Source of the DNA: Planktothrix pseudagardhii
GTDB lineage: Bacteria; Cyanobacteriota; Cyanobacteriia; Cyanobacteriales; Microcoleaceae
Direction of reading: 5' to 3'
Assembly (NCBI RefSeq): GCF_904830925.1
Contig: NZ_LR882967.1
Location: forward strand, 3,554,106-3,618,105
Length of the DNA stretch: 64,000 nt
Below, piece after piece: positions 10,020 to 17,724 of this stretch. The position numbers and the translations under genes are program-made. The notes beneath the pieces were generated by a model, which worked only from the letters and a program-made list of their open reading frames with translations, was not told the DNA's origin and ran no database searches. How positions within the stretch are numbered: the first letter of the stretch is position 1; every line of letters begins with the position of its first letter.

Positions 10020-11255
10020 TTATCCATTGGGAAAATAAGATTGAAATTGATTAATATTCTCAATTAATTTATGAAAACCCACTAATAAATGGCGGTCGGG
10101 AAAAATATCTAGCCACGGGACAATCAACCACAATATAATAGTAGGCTGAATTATTAAACGCAGATTATTTAAAACATTTTTCCATCCCTCTTTGTGATTC
10201 CATTGTTGATGAGTTGAGCAATCGGTGGTGTTTTTTTTGCTCTCAGATTCTCGGGGACTGCCTTGACTTAAAGACCGGAAAACTTCGGAGTTGAAACTAA
10301 TCATTAAATACACACAGAAAATGATTTCCCACCATTTTTCTATATCGGGAAAATCCGTCAACCGATAATCAGTCCAACCCAGTTCTTGTTTACATTGTCG
10401 AAATCCATATTCCACCCATGTTCTTAACCCGTATAAATTACCTAATGTCTTTTTCATCTGGCTTCTCTTCTCTGTTAAATTTGTCATGACAAACGAAGTT
10501 GATGTTTCTGGCATCGTTTCTGGATCTGTGGTAATTTCCCAATAGGTTCTTGTACTTCTTTTCCCAAATATGATTTCTCTAATATATCTGGTTTCTGATT
10601 CTTGATTGCTAAAAATCCTCTCAAATTTACACCATTTGTTGGCTCTAACTTTCTGCTCGCTTGACATCCAGACTCCATGATTACTTCTTATTGCTAGTAC
10701 CCAAGGAATTTGAAATTGATCTAATGTACTGATAAACGAACTACTTTCACCATAAAGGCTATCTGCTAATACCAATTCAATCTGAAATCCCCAATCAACC
10801 AATTCTGTTAGAATTTCTGATGCGATTTCAATCTTAGTTTTGTAGACATCTCCTTCTTTTAATGTTCCTTTGGGTTTAAATACTCTAAACACTAAAGGAA
10901 AGGTTATATTTTTATAAACACCGTAAGCATTAACTGATACTATTCCCCGATCTGTTTTGCCCACACTTCCCAAGTATTGTCTAGCTATATAGTCGGTTTT
11001 TTTTCCCTTTCTCCTATCTCCTGTCTCATCAATTATTACTATAATCTTCTCTCCTTTCAATGCTTTTAGAGTTCGGGCTAATCTTCTTTCCTTTAATTCC
11101 CTTGCTGACCAAGGCGAATTGGCTAAGAAATGATGCAGTGATTGTGGCGACCTAATTCCTACTATTTTAGCAATTTCCGGTAAAGATTTTCTCGGAATTG
11201 GTGAGATAATTCCTAGATGTAAGTAGGGCTTGCTGAAAAAGTAACAGAAAAGCAA
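10020..11255 (-). CDS. IS701/IS4-type DDE transposase, C-terminal about 400 aa (N-terminus severed by the nested IS)
   Basis: The block LGIISPIPRKSLPEIAKIVGIRSPQSLHHFLANSPWS is typical of IS701-family transposases. A DDE-type core follows (IIVIIDETGDRRKG ... VLADSLYG). Confidence 0.7.
   Translation of the reverse strand: MLFCYFFSKPYLHLGIISPIPRKSLPEIAKIVGIRSPQSLHHFLANSPWSARELKERRLARTLKALKGEKIIVIIDETGDRRKGKKTDYIARQYLGSVGKTDRGIVSVNAYGVYKNITFPLVFRVFKPKGTLKEGDVYKTKIEIASEILTELVDWGFQIELVLADSLYGESSSFISTLDQFQIPWVLAIRSNHGVWMSSEQKVRANKWCKFERIFSNQESETRYIREIIFGKRSTRTYWEITTDPETMPETSTSFVMTNLTEKRSQMKKTLGNLYGLRTWVEYGFRQCKQELGWTDYRLTDFPDIEKWWEIIFCVYLMISFNSEVFRSLSQGSPRESESKKNTTDCSTHQQWNHKEGWKNVLNNLRLIIQPTIILWLIVPWLDIFPDRHLLVGFHKLIENINQFQSYFPNG
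11234..11250. repeat. terminal inverted repeat of the inner IS
   Basis: TAGGGCTTGCTGAAAAA; its reverse complement occurs at 12865-12881. Confidence 0.7.
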
Positions 11256-11267
11256 AAGAATGATTAA

Positions 11268-12770
11268 CTAGCAAATGGAGTCAGAAGGATAAATAAGTTT
11301 TTTTTGAGATAAGGAGTTAACAGATAAATTCTGGTAATCAATAACTCGAAAAAAGTAATTGAACAAAAAAATTGACCTAAAAATCCGTCTAAGAATCACA
11401 GAGAGATTCATGACTAAAAAAGTAATAGCAATTGCTGTTTCGGAAGTATGAGCTAGTTTATTCATAATCCGATTCAGGCTAAATCTTCTTTTCCCTTGGC
11501 CAAATTTCCCCTCAATGGAATTCCGAATTTTTTCATCCTCTAACGCCTGTTTCTTAGTAGCTTTACTAAGATTTGCTGACGGTCTCCCTAATGGGAGGCC
11601 ACTGATTCTAATTCCTCTGTCTTTACACCAAGCTCGGTTGTCTCTAGTCCGGTAAATTTTATCTACATGGACTGATTCAGGATAATGCCCCGTGTATTCT
11701 TTAAAAGCCTCTATTTGTGTTTTTAAATCACAGGATTCGTTAAAATTATCCCAACTAATCCGGTCAAGAAATACATATTCATCCAGACAACTCGCAGACA
11801 ATTTAGCACCAAATTCTACTGACGTTCCGGCTTTACCTCGCACAATCGGACGAATATGAGGTTGGCTCAAACTGACGATTCTATCGGAAATGCTCTGTTT
11901 GTTATTCTCATACATCCATTGCTGTTGACGGTAAACTTCTGATATTACTAATAAACTCTTATATTGCTTGTTATTTAAGCAATCTAGCGTTGCTCCATTG
12001 TCGATGAGTTGGTCTATATGTCCTAAGTTTCGTTTAATATATTGCAGTTGTTTTTTAACTGCTTTTCGTCTTTTTTGTCGGGAAGGTCGGCGTTGTTTGG
12101 CTACTTCTAGGTAGTCTTTTCTGGCTGTTTTTCGATAAGTTCTTGGTTTCTTTTCTGATTTATCCTGACGACTTTTATGCAAACTATCAATGATTTTTTC
12201 TGTCTGTTCTCTGGCTTTATTTAAAATTTTTAAGTCTGTTGGATATGTGATATCCGCAGGTGCACAAGTCGCATCAGCTATTAATTTTCCTCGGTTTTTC
12301 CTCTCACTTCCCTCTTCAGCTTCTGATTGATTTTCTGAGGCTGGCTCGGAACTCGCCTCTCGCATTCTTTTGACCATTAACCGATTAACTTTATTCACTA
12401 AATTTACATTGATTCTCGTCCGAAAGTGCACTAACATTGAGGCATCAAATGGAGCTTCGTTCCTGTATTCTGACAACCCGATAAAATACTGCAAGTAGGG
12501 ATTTTCTTTGATTTGTTCTACTGTTTCTCGGTCGCTTATCCCTAATTTTTCTTTAATGATTAAGGCTCCTAATGCCATTCTAAATGTTTTGGCGGGTGCT
12601 CCCATCACAGATGAGAATAATTCTGCATATTCCACTTCAAATTCTTCCCACGGTATCCATTGAGCCATGATTACCCAGCGATTCTCTTCTGAGAGTTTTC
12701 CCTCAAATGGCAGTTTGAACTCTTCGGGTGGTGTTTTCTGTTGTTCGTCTTTACGGTACATTTTCCCCAA
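11268..12770 (-). CDS. DDE transposase, IS5/IS1182-like (InsH-N/DUF772-type N-terminal domain)
   Basis: 500 aa. The N-terminal block FKLPFEGKLSEENRWVIMAQWIPWEEFEVEYAELF...TFRMALGALIIKEKLGISDRE is typical of IS5/IS1182 transposase N-termini. A basic KRR-rich linker and a C-terminal DDE region follow. Confidence 0.75.
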   Translation of the reverse strand: MGKMYRKDEQQKTPPEEFKLPFEGKLSEENRWVIMAQWIPWEEFEVEYAELFSSVMGAPAKTFRMALGALIIKEKLGISDRETVEQIKENPYLQYFIGLSEYRNEAPFDASMLVHFRTRINVNLVNKVNRLMVKRMREASSEPASENQSEAEEGSERKNRGKLIADATCAPADITYPTDLKILNKAREQTEKIIDSLHKSRQDKSEKKPRTYRKTARKDYLEVAKQRRPSRQKRRKAVKKQLQYIKRNLGHIDQLIDNGATLDCLNNKQYKSLLVISEVYRQQQWMYENNKQSISDRIVSLSQPHIRPIVRGKAGTSVEFGAKLSASCLDEYVFLDRISWDNFNESCDLKTQIEAFKEYTGHYPESVHVDKIYRTRDNRAWCKDRGIRISGLPLGRPSANLSKATKKQALEDEKIRNSIEGKFGQGKRRFSLNRIMNKLAHTSETAIAITFLVMNLSVILRRIFRSIFLFNYFFRVIDYQNLSVNSLSQKKLIYPSDSIC

Positions 12771-12864
12771 CTCCTGCCAGGTTTTTGCGCTATTTTACAC
12801 CCATCCCTTGCACCTGATTCATTTTTTCTTGTCTTCTCCTCCCGCCTGTTCTGGCTTTTCGCCT

Positions 12865-12881
12865 TTTTTCAGCAAGCCCTA
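12865..12881. repeat. terminal inverted repeat of the inner IS
   Basis: TTTTTCAGCAAGCCCTA, the reverse complement of 11234-11250. Confidence 0.7.
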
Positions 12882-12884
12882 AGT

Positions 12885-13014
12885 ATTTAAAACATTCGTA
12901 ACTTCTCACTTCTGGGAATAGGTCTTTATAACCTTGACAATATTCATCAATCACTGAAACTGTTGGTTGTGCATCTCGGGCTAAATGTTTGAGCATCTGT
13001 AATTCTACATCCAT
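12885..13014 (-). pseudogene. N-terminal 43 codons of the IS701-like transposase, separated from the rest by the nested IS
   Basis: MDVELQMLKHLARDAQPTVSVIDEYCQGYKDLFPEVRSYECFKY continues, after removal of 11234-12881 (and 2 bp), into LHLGIISPIPRKS at 11230. Confidence 0.6.
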
Positions 13015-13066
13015 TACCCTATCCCCCTTCTAGCTACCCATCTGGTTTATTTTCTAATTTTACTCC

Positions 13067-13091
13067 TCGGAGACTGACAGAAGAGGGATAG
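13067..13091. repeat. right terminal inverted repeat of the IS701-like element
   Basis: Reverse complement of 9970-9994 with one mismatch. Confidence 0.7.
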
Positions 13092-13096
13092 TTATT

Positions 13097-15487
13097 TTGA
13101 ATGCTTGGTCTACTTCTTACTGGCAATTAGAACAACGTCGAGAACGTTCTTGGATTCTTCCCTACGAGTTCAGATTTGGAAAGCCACGTAATTTATATGA
13201 AGCAGAAGATGTAATTCGGGATTTAGAGGATGCAGTTATAGAGCATGAAGATAACTTAAAAGAACAGGAAGATGAGAAAGAAAAGCAACGAATATTTCAA
13301 GTTTGGTGGGATATTCTTAGAGCGAAGGGTGATTGGGAAAAAAATAGAGAGAAACCGATTAAATACGAAGGCTGTACTCGTGATGGAAACCGCGTTACCT
13401 TTGAATTATCAGAACTTCCAGAAGATGATTTAGCTGGACAACCACGCCATGTGACAAACCCCAAAGGAATTAGCATCTTGGGGGGAGATATTGAGCAAGT
13501 TATCGGTGACAAATTGACTCTTTATATTAAATATGGAGAATCAGAAAGACTCCCACAATCTGGAGAATTACGTTTTGATACTCGTGCTGCTGAAGTTGCC
13601 CTAAATCGACAAAAAAATGCCCTGGATGCGATTAGATTTGATAGGGGAGTCCGTTCAGATATTCGCCAATTACTTGTCAATCCCCAAGAAGTTCGTATTC
13701 CTGATTTAGAAGTTGATTTACAATTTATTCAATCTCTGAATGAATCACAGGAACAAGTTGTCAAAGCGGCACTTTCTACAGAAGATTTTCTAATTGTTCA
13801 AGGGCCACCAGGAACAGGAAAGACAACATTTATTACAGAAGTTGTTCTGCAAATTCTTAATCAAAAACCTGAGACTAGAATTTTGCTGAGTTCACAAACT
13901 CATGTTGCACTAGATAACGCCTTAGAACGAATTAAAGCTAAAGATCCTCACTTAAAATTGTTGCGAATTGGCAACCATGAAAGGGTATCAGAAAATGTTC
14001 ATTCTCTGTTACTGGAAGAACAAATGGAACAATGGAGAGAGTCGGCGATCGCTAAAGGACAGGAATTTATTGATAATTGGTCAGCACAACGAGGTATTTC
14101 TGGGCATAACAGTGAAATAGCCACACTATTTCAAGAAATGAGAAATCTGGGAATAAAAATTGAAACTTTCAGGGAAGAAGTTAATGCCTGGAAACAGGAT
14201 TTAGATGAAATTCTAGCAATAAATTACGACATAGAAAATCCAGATTCATTGTTAGAAACTCATATTCCCAAAGATAAGCTAGAGGAATGTCAAAGTATTG
14301 AAGTGGAAATTAACATTCTACGTCAGCAGTTAAAAGAAGCACGACAGCAACAGAAAGAAAAAGCCAAGCGCTTAAAAGAATTAACTAGAAGTAGTATCAA
14401 TCAACTTTTGAGATTATCGGTTGAGGAGATACAAGAACAGATTAATCAACTCATTGATCAAAATAATTCAGATTCAAAAATGCTACAAAACTTGCTAAAA
14501 ATTCAAACAGAATGGTTTGAGCAGTTTGGTCGAAATGACAAATTCAATATACCTTTAATTAAGCGATCGCAAGTAATAGCTGGGACTTGTATCGGAATTC
14601 CTAGAGAGATTCAAGACATAGAATTTGACCTGTGTATTGTTGATGAAGCTTCAAAAGCTACGGCGACAGAAGTATTAGTTCCAATGGCGCGATCGCATCG
14701 CTGGATATTGGTTGGCGACCCTAAACAACTGCCACCCTTTAAAGATGAAGTTAGCAGAAATTCTGACTTTTTAGACGAATACGAACTGACTCAGGATGAT
14801 ATTCGAGAAACCCTATTTGATCGACTACTTAGGACACTCCCAGATGGGTGTCACAAGATGTTAACAATTCAACATCGGATGGTTGCACCAATTGGTGATC
14901 TGGTCAGTGAATGCTTTTATGAGGGTCAGCTAAAAAGTGCCAGGACTGATATCGATAAAGACCTGGCTAAAATATTACTAAAACCCGTTACTTGGTTAAC
15001 CACAACAAAACTTAAAAATTATCGTGAACAGTCTGTCAATTCTAGCTTTAACAATACCTGTGAAGTAAAAGTCATTGTTGAGTTTCTCAAGCAGCTAAAT
15101 CAAATAGCAGTACAAGCTGAAAAAAAATACAGCGTCGCTGTTTTAACCGGGTATGCAGCACAGCTAAAATTACTTAATCGTAGCCTTAATTCAGAATTAA
15201 AAAATTGGCAAGCATTAACAGTTGAGTGTAATACAGTAGATGCCTTCCAAGGACGCGAAGCTGATATTGCCGTGTATTCTGTAACTCGTTCTAACAGACA
15301 AGGTAAAGTGGGTTTTCTGCGTGATGCAGAACGATTAAATGTGGCTTTATCCAGAGGTAAAGTGGGTTTAGTAATTGTGGGAGATCATTACTTCTGTCGA
15401 ACTTCACAGGAGAATCCATTACACCGAGTTTTGGATTATATTGAACGTCACACTGAAAATTGCGCTTTAACCGAGCCTGGGTTATAA
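13097..15487 (+). CDS. Upf1/DNA2-like SF1 helicase (COG1112-type), 5'-truncated by the IS (putative mkoA 3' part)
   Basis: Walker A LIVQGPPGTGKTTF, Walker B/DEAS-type box LCIVDEASKA, and motifs VGDPKQLPP, TIQHRMVAPIG and AFQGREADIAVYS...LNVALSRGK, as in AAA_11/AAA_12 helicases. The first in-frame ATG is more than 300 codons in. The frame is open back to a TAA inside the IS repeat. Confidence 0.8.
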   Translation: MNAWSTSYWQLEQRRERSWILPYEFRFGKPRNLYEAEDVIRDLEDAVIEHEDNLKEQEDEKEKQRIFQVWWDILRAKGDWEKNREKPIKYEGCTRDGNRVTFELSELPEDDLAGQPRHVTNPKGISILGGDIEQVIGDKLTLYIKYGESERLPQSGELRFDTRAAEVALNRQKNALDAIRFDRGVRSDIRQLLVNPQEVRIPDLEVDLQFIQSLNESQEQVVKAALSTEDFLIVQGPPGTGKTTFITEVVLQILNQKPETRILLSSQTHVALDNALERIKAKDPHLKLLRIGNHERVSENVHSLLLEEQMEQWRESAIAKGQEFIDNWSAQRGISGHNSEIATLFQEMRNLGIKIETFREEVNAWKQDLDEILAINYDIENPDSLLETHIPKDKLEECQSIEVEINILRQQLKEARQQQKEKAKRLKELTRSSINQLLRLSVEEIQEQINQLIDQNNSDSKMLQNLLKIQTEWFEQFGRNDKFNIPLIKRSQVIAGTCIGIPREIQDIEFDLCIVDEASKATATEVLVPMARSHRWILVGDPKQLPPFKDEVSRNSDFLDEYELTQDDIRETLFDRLLRTLPDGCHKMLTIQHRMVAPIGDLVSECFYEGQLKSARTDIDKDLAKILLKPVTWLTTTKLKNYREQSVNSSFNNTCEVKVIVEFLKQLNQIAVQAEKKYSVAVLTGYAAQLKLLNRSLNSELKNWQALTVECNTVDAFQGREADIAVYSVTRSNRQGKVGFLRDAERLNVALSRGKVGLVIVGDHYFCRTSQENPLHRVLDYIERHTENCALTEPGL

Positions 15488-15569
15488 TTCCTATATAGCC
15501 TTTATCGGGTAAATAATCTGTATATTACTCATTTGAAAACTGGTAGATTACGAAATAAGTAGGTGTTCA

Positions 15570-15779
15570 ATGAATAGCCACAAAGTAACATTAGAAATTT
15601 CGGAAACCCTTTTTGAGCAACTCTCTTTACTAGCTGACCTAAAAGAAGAATCAATAGAATATTTAGCAATTGAAATTATTGCTGCTAAATTACCTGGTTT
15701 AATTCAAAGAGAGAGTCAATTGAAGCAATTATTAGAAGCAATCAAACCTGATAGCATTCATAGTGAAATTGGGTTATAA
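15570..15779 (+). CDS. putative antitoxin (MazE/ribbon-helix-helix-like) of a MazF pair
   Basis: 69-aa acidic ORF ending 6 bp upstream of the MazF-like gene. Assigned on position and size only. Confidence 0.45.
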   Translation: MNSHKVTLEISETLFEQLSLLADLKEESIEYLAIEIIAAKLPGLIQRESQLKQLLEAIKPDSIHSEIGL

Positions 15780-15785
15780 TAATAT

Positions 15786-16148
15786 ATGAATTCTGATAAT
15801 CCTCAGTTGTATATTCCTCGTCAAGGTGATATCATTTGGATTGACTTTATTCCGCAAATCGGCAGAGAACAGGCAGGTCGTCGTCCAGCTATTGTTATCT
15901 CAAAAACAACATATAATCGCCGAGTTGGACTAGCTTTAGTCTGTCCAATTACTAGCCGAGTAAAAGGTTATCCTTTTGAAGTAGCAATTCCAGAAGGATT
16001 AGCAGTATCAGGAGTTGTTTTAGCCGATCAAATTAAATCCTTTGATTGGCAAGCAAGGCAAGCAGAGTTTGCTTGTAAAATGCCTCCAGAAGTCCTAATT
16101 GAAGTAGTTGCTAAATTAATGAACCTATTACCCGAAATAGAGATTTAG
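15786..16148 (+). CDS. mazF: MazF/PemK-family endoribonuclease toxin
   Basis: 120 aa. GDIIWIDFIPQIGREQAGRRPAIVIS ... LALVCPITSRVKGYPFEV ... VVLADQIKSFDWQARQA matches the PemK/MazF signature. Confidence 0.8.
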   Translation: MNSDNPQLYIPRQGDIIWIDFIPQIGREQAGRRPAIVISKTTYNRRVGLALVCPITSRVKGYPFEVAIPEGLAVSGVVLADQIKSFDWQARQAEFACKMPPEVLIEVVAKLMNLLPEIEI

Positions 16149-16158
16149 TTAAATAAAT

Positions 16159-17700
16159 ATGAAGTTAGAAAATCTCGATTTTTCTCCAGAAGAACTGCGT
16201 CGCTACAATAATCGTACAGGCTTCGATTTAGTGAGTTGTAAACAAGTCGGTTTACCTGTTTATAAAATTACTGTTCAAGCTCTAACTCAACTGCATAAAC
16301 CAATTCCACCAATAGAAGAATATGTCTTGAAATCGATTAATGCTGGTTTATCCTCTGAAACGGATATTGCTGGATTTCTTGGCATTGAATTGCCTATTGT
16401 CAGGGATGCAATGATCAATTTAAGGATGAGTGAGGATATAGACCTCATAGCTCCTGATGGCTCTCAGATACAGGTTTGGAAGTTGACGAAAAAAGGTGAA
16501 GGAACACTCCGCGAGGCTAAAATTATTGTTCCAGAAGAGCGAACATTTGATATCAATTTTGATGGACTTTTACGGTATCCTCGTTGGTACGGAAAGTTAG
16601 AGTCACGTTTACTTAAGCAAAAAGATTTGCGTGATCAAGACATTATAGAAATTGACCCCTTTCCGAAAAAGTCACCAGAAATTTCCGATCTTAAACTCAA
16701 AGATGTAGACAAAATTATTCGCCAGATTGATGGAGCCAGCAAAGCCAGAGTTAAGCAAGAGCGAGACCTTTTAGCCTTGAAAGCTATTGAGCGCAGGTCG
16801 ATATTTTTTCAACCGGCTTTGATGCTAATTTATAAGGCGAAAGATAGTGATAATATTCAGGTATCTTTTGCGATTGATGATGTTATTTCTAATGATCATG
16901 AAGAAATTTTTGATCGTACTAATGGAATCAAAAAACTTCAGATATTAGAAAACCTAAAAGAGAGCGCACCCCGAAAGTTAGCTGAAGCAGTTTTAGGATA
17001 TGAATTTGTTGCTCAAGCTCCTTTACAAGAAATTGAAGCGATTAAGGAAAAAGTTTTTGCTGCTCAAGCTCAAATAGAAGAAAAAATACAAACAACTCAA
17101 AATACTCTTGAACAAACTGAAGATGATCAGGAAAAACTCATTCTTGATCAAAAGCTTCAAGAAGCACAACAGCAAATAAAAGAACTTCAAGCTCAACTTG
17201 ATTCTATTCTAGCTTCAGTTCCGATGCGATGGCTAGAAATGTACGAACACCGTCCTATCCTCGAACAAGCACTTAAAGAGAGTCAAAAACGTTTAATGAT
17301 TATCTCTCCTTGGATTCGAGCAAGTTCTGTGGATAAAAAGTTTATTCAACAGTTTGAAAATCTTCTCAAACGGGGAGTACAAGTTTTGATTGGGTACGGT
17401 TTAGGAGAAAACGATGATAAAAATTCAAAATCTGATATTCAAGCTGAGAAAAATCTTGAAAAATTAGCAAATCAGTACCAAGGTAATTTTATCCTTAAAC
17501 GTCTTGGAGATACCCACGCAAAAATCCTCATATCTGATGGAAAATTTGCTGTTACAACAAGTTTTAATTGGCTTTCTTTTAAGGGCGATCGCGATCGCAC
17601 CTTTCGAGATGAACGGGGAACACTTGTATCTGACCCCCAAAAAATTGATGAACTTTTTGATAGCTATAGATCTCGAATAATTAATACAAAATCTACTTGA
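16159..17700 (+). CDS. PLD-superfamily (single HKD) nuclease-domain protein with a long N-terminal region and central coiled coil (putative mkoB)
   Basis: The C-terminal domain LMIISPWIRASSVDKKFIQQFENLLKRGVQVLIGYG ... GDTHAKILISDGKFAVTTSFNWLS carries one HxK(x4)D motif, as in Nuc/Zucchini-type PLD nucleases. The N-terminal roughly 330 aa show no motif I recognise. Confidence 0.7.
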   Translation: MKLENLDFSPEELRRYNNRTGFDLVSCKQVGLPVYKITVQALTQLHKPIPPIEEYVLKSINAGLSSETDIAGFLGIELPIVRDAMINLRMSEDIDLIAPDGSQIQVWKLTKKGEGTLREAKIIVPEERTFDINFDGLLRYPRWYGKLESRLLKQKDLRDQDIIEIDPFPKKSPEISDLKLKDVDKIIRQIDGASKARVKQERDLLALKAIERRSIFFQPALMLIYKAKDSDNIQVSFAIDDVISNDHEEIFDRTNGIKKLQILENLKESAPRKLAEAVLGYEFVAQAPLQEIEAIKEKVFAAQAQIEEKIQTTQNTLEQTEDDQEKLILDQKLQEAQQQIKELQAQLDSILASVPMRWLEMYEHRPILEQALKESQKRLMIISPWIRASSVDKKFIQQFENLLKRGVQVLIGYGLGENDDKNSKSDIQAEKNLEKLANQYQGNFILKRLGDTHAKILISDGKFAVTTSFNWLSFKGDRDRTFRDERGTLVSDPQKIDELFDSYRSRIINTKST

Positions 17701-17724
17701 TCTAGGCTGCTTTATAGAAAATCA

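Larger units (their letters stand above)
11234..12881 (-). mobile_element. IS5/IS1182-like insertion sequence (1648 bp) nested inside the IS701-like transposase gene
   Basis: Inverted repeats TAGGGCTTGCTGAAAAA at 11234-11250 and its reverse complement at 12865-12881. A single 500-aa transposase ORF lies between them. The flanks (gtaAG | AGtattt) are consistent with a 2-bp AG target duplication. Confidence 0.7.
9970..13091 (-). mobile_element. IS701-family-like insertion sequence (about 1.47 kb of its own sequence) carrying a nested second IS; composite 3122 bp
   Basis: A 25-bp terminal inverted repeat CTATCCCTCTTCTGTCA(C/G)TCTCCGA sits at 9970-9994 and, as reverse complement, at 13067-13091. 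The transposase reading frame is split into 13014-12885 and 11230-10020. No flanking direct repeat is visible. Confidence 0.7.

Noticed and set aside
9171-10063. Small ORFs of 93, 63 and 65 aa on the - strand overlapping the kinase gene
   Set aside because: Antisense to a CDS with clear kinase motifs and carrying no motif of their own.
10484-10678. 64-aa - strand ORF inside the IS701-like transposase region
   Set aside because: Different frame of the transposase CDS, so spurious.
12667-12882. 71-aa + strand ORF inside the inner IS
   Set aside because: Antisense to the transposase N-terminus and the IS terminal repeat, with low-complexity S/F-rich composition.
8917-15487. Claim that precise excision of the IS restores one continuous kinase-helicase reading frame
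   Set aside because: On simple removal of 9970-13091 the frames are offset by 1 nt, and no target-site duplication is visible to fix the exact junction. The single-gene idea is therefore reported as likely (both flanking ORFs open to the IS ends, and the helicase has no start) but not as demonstrated.
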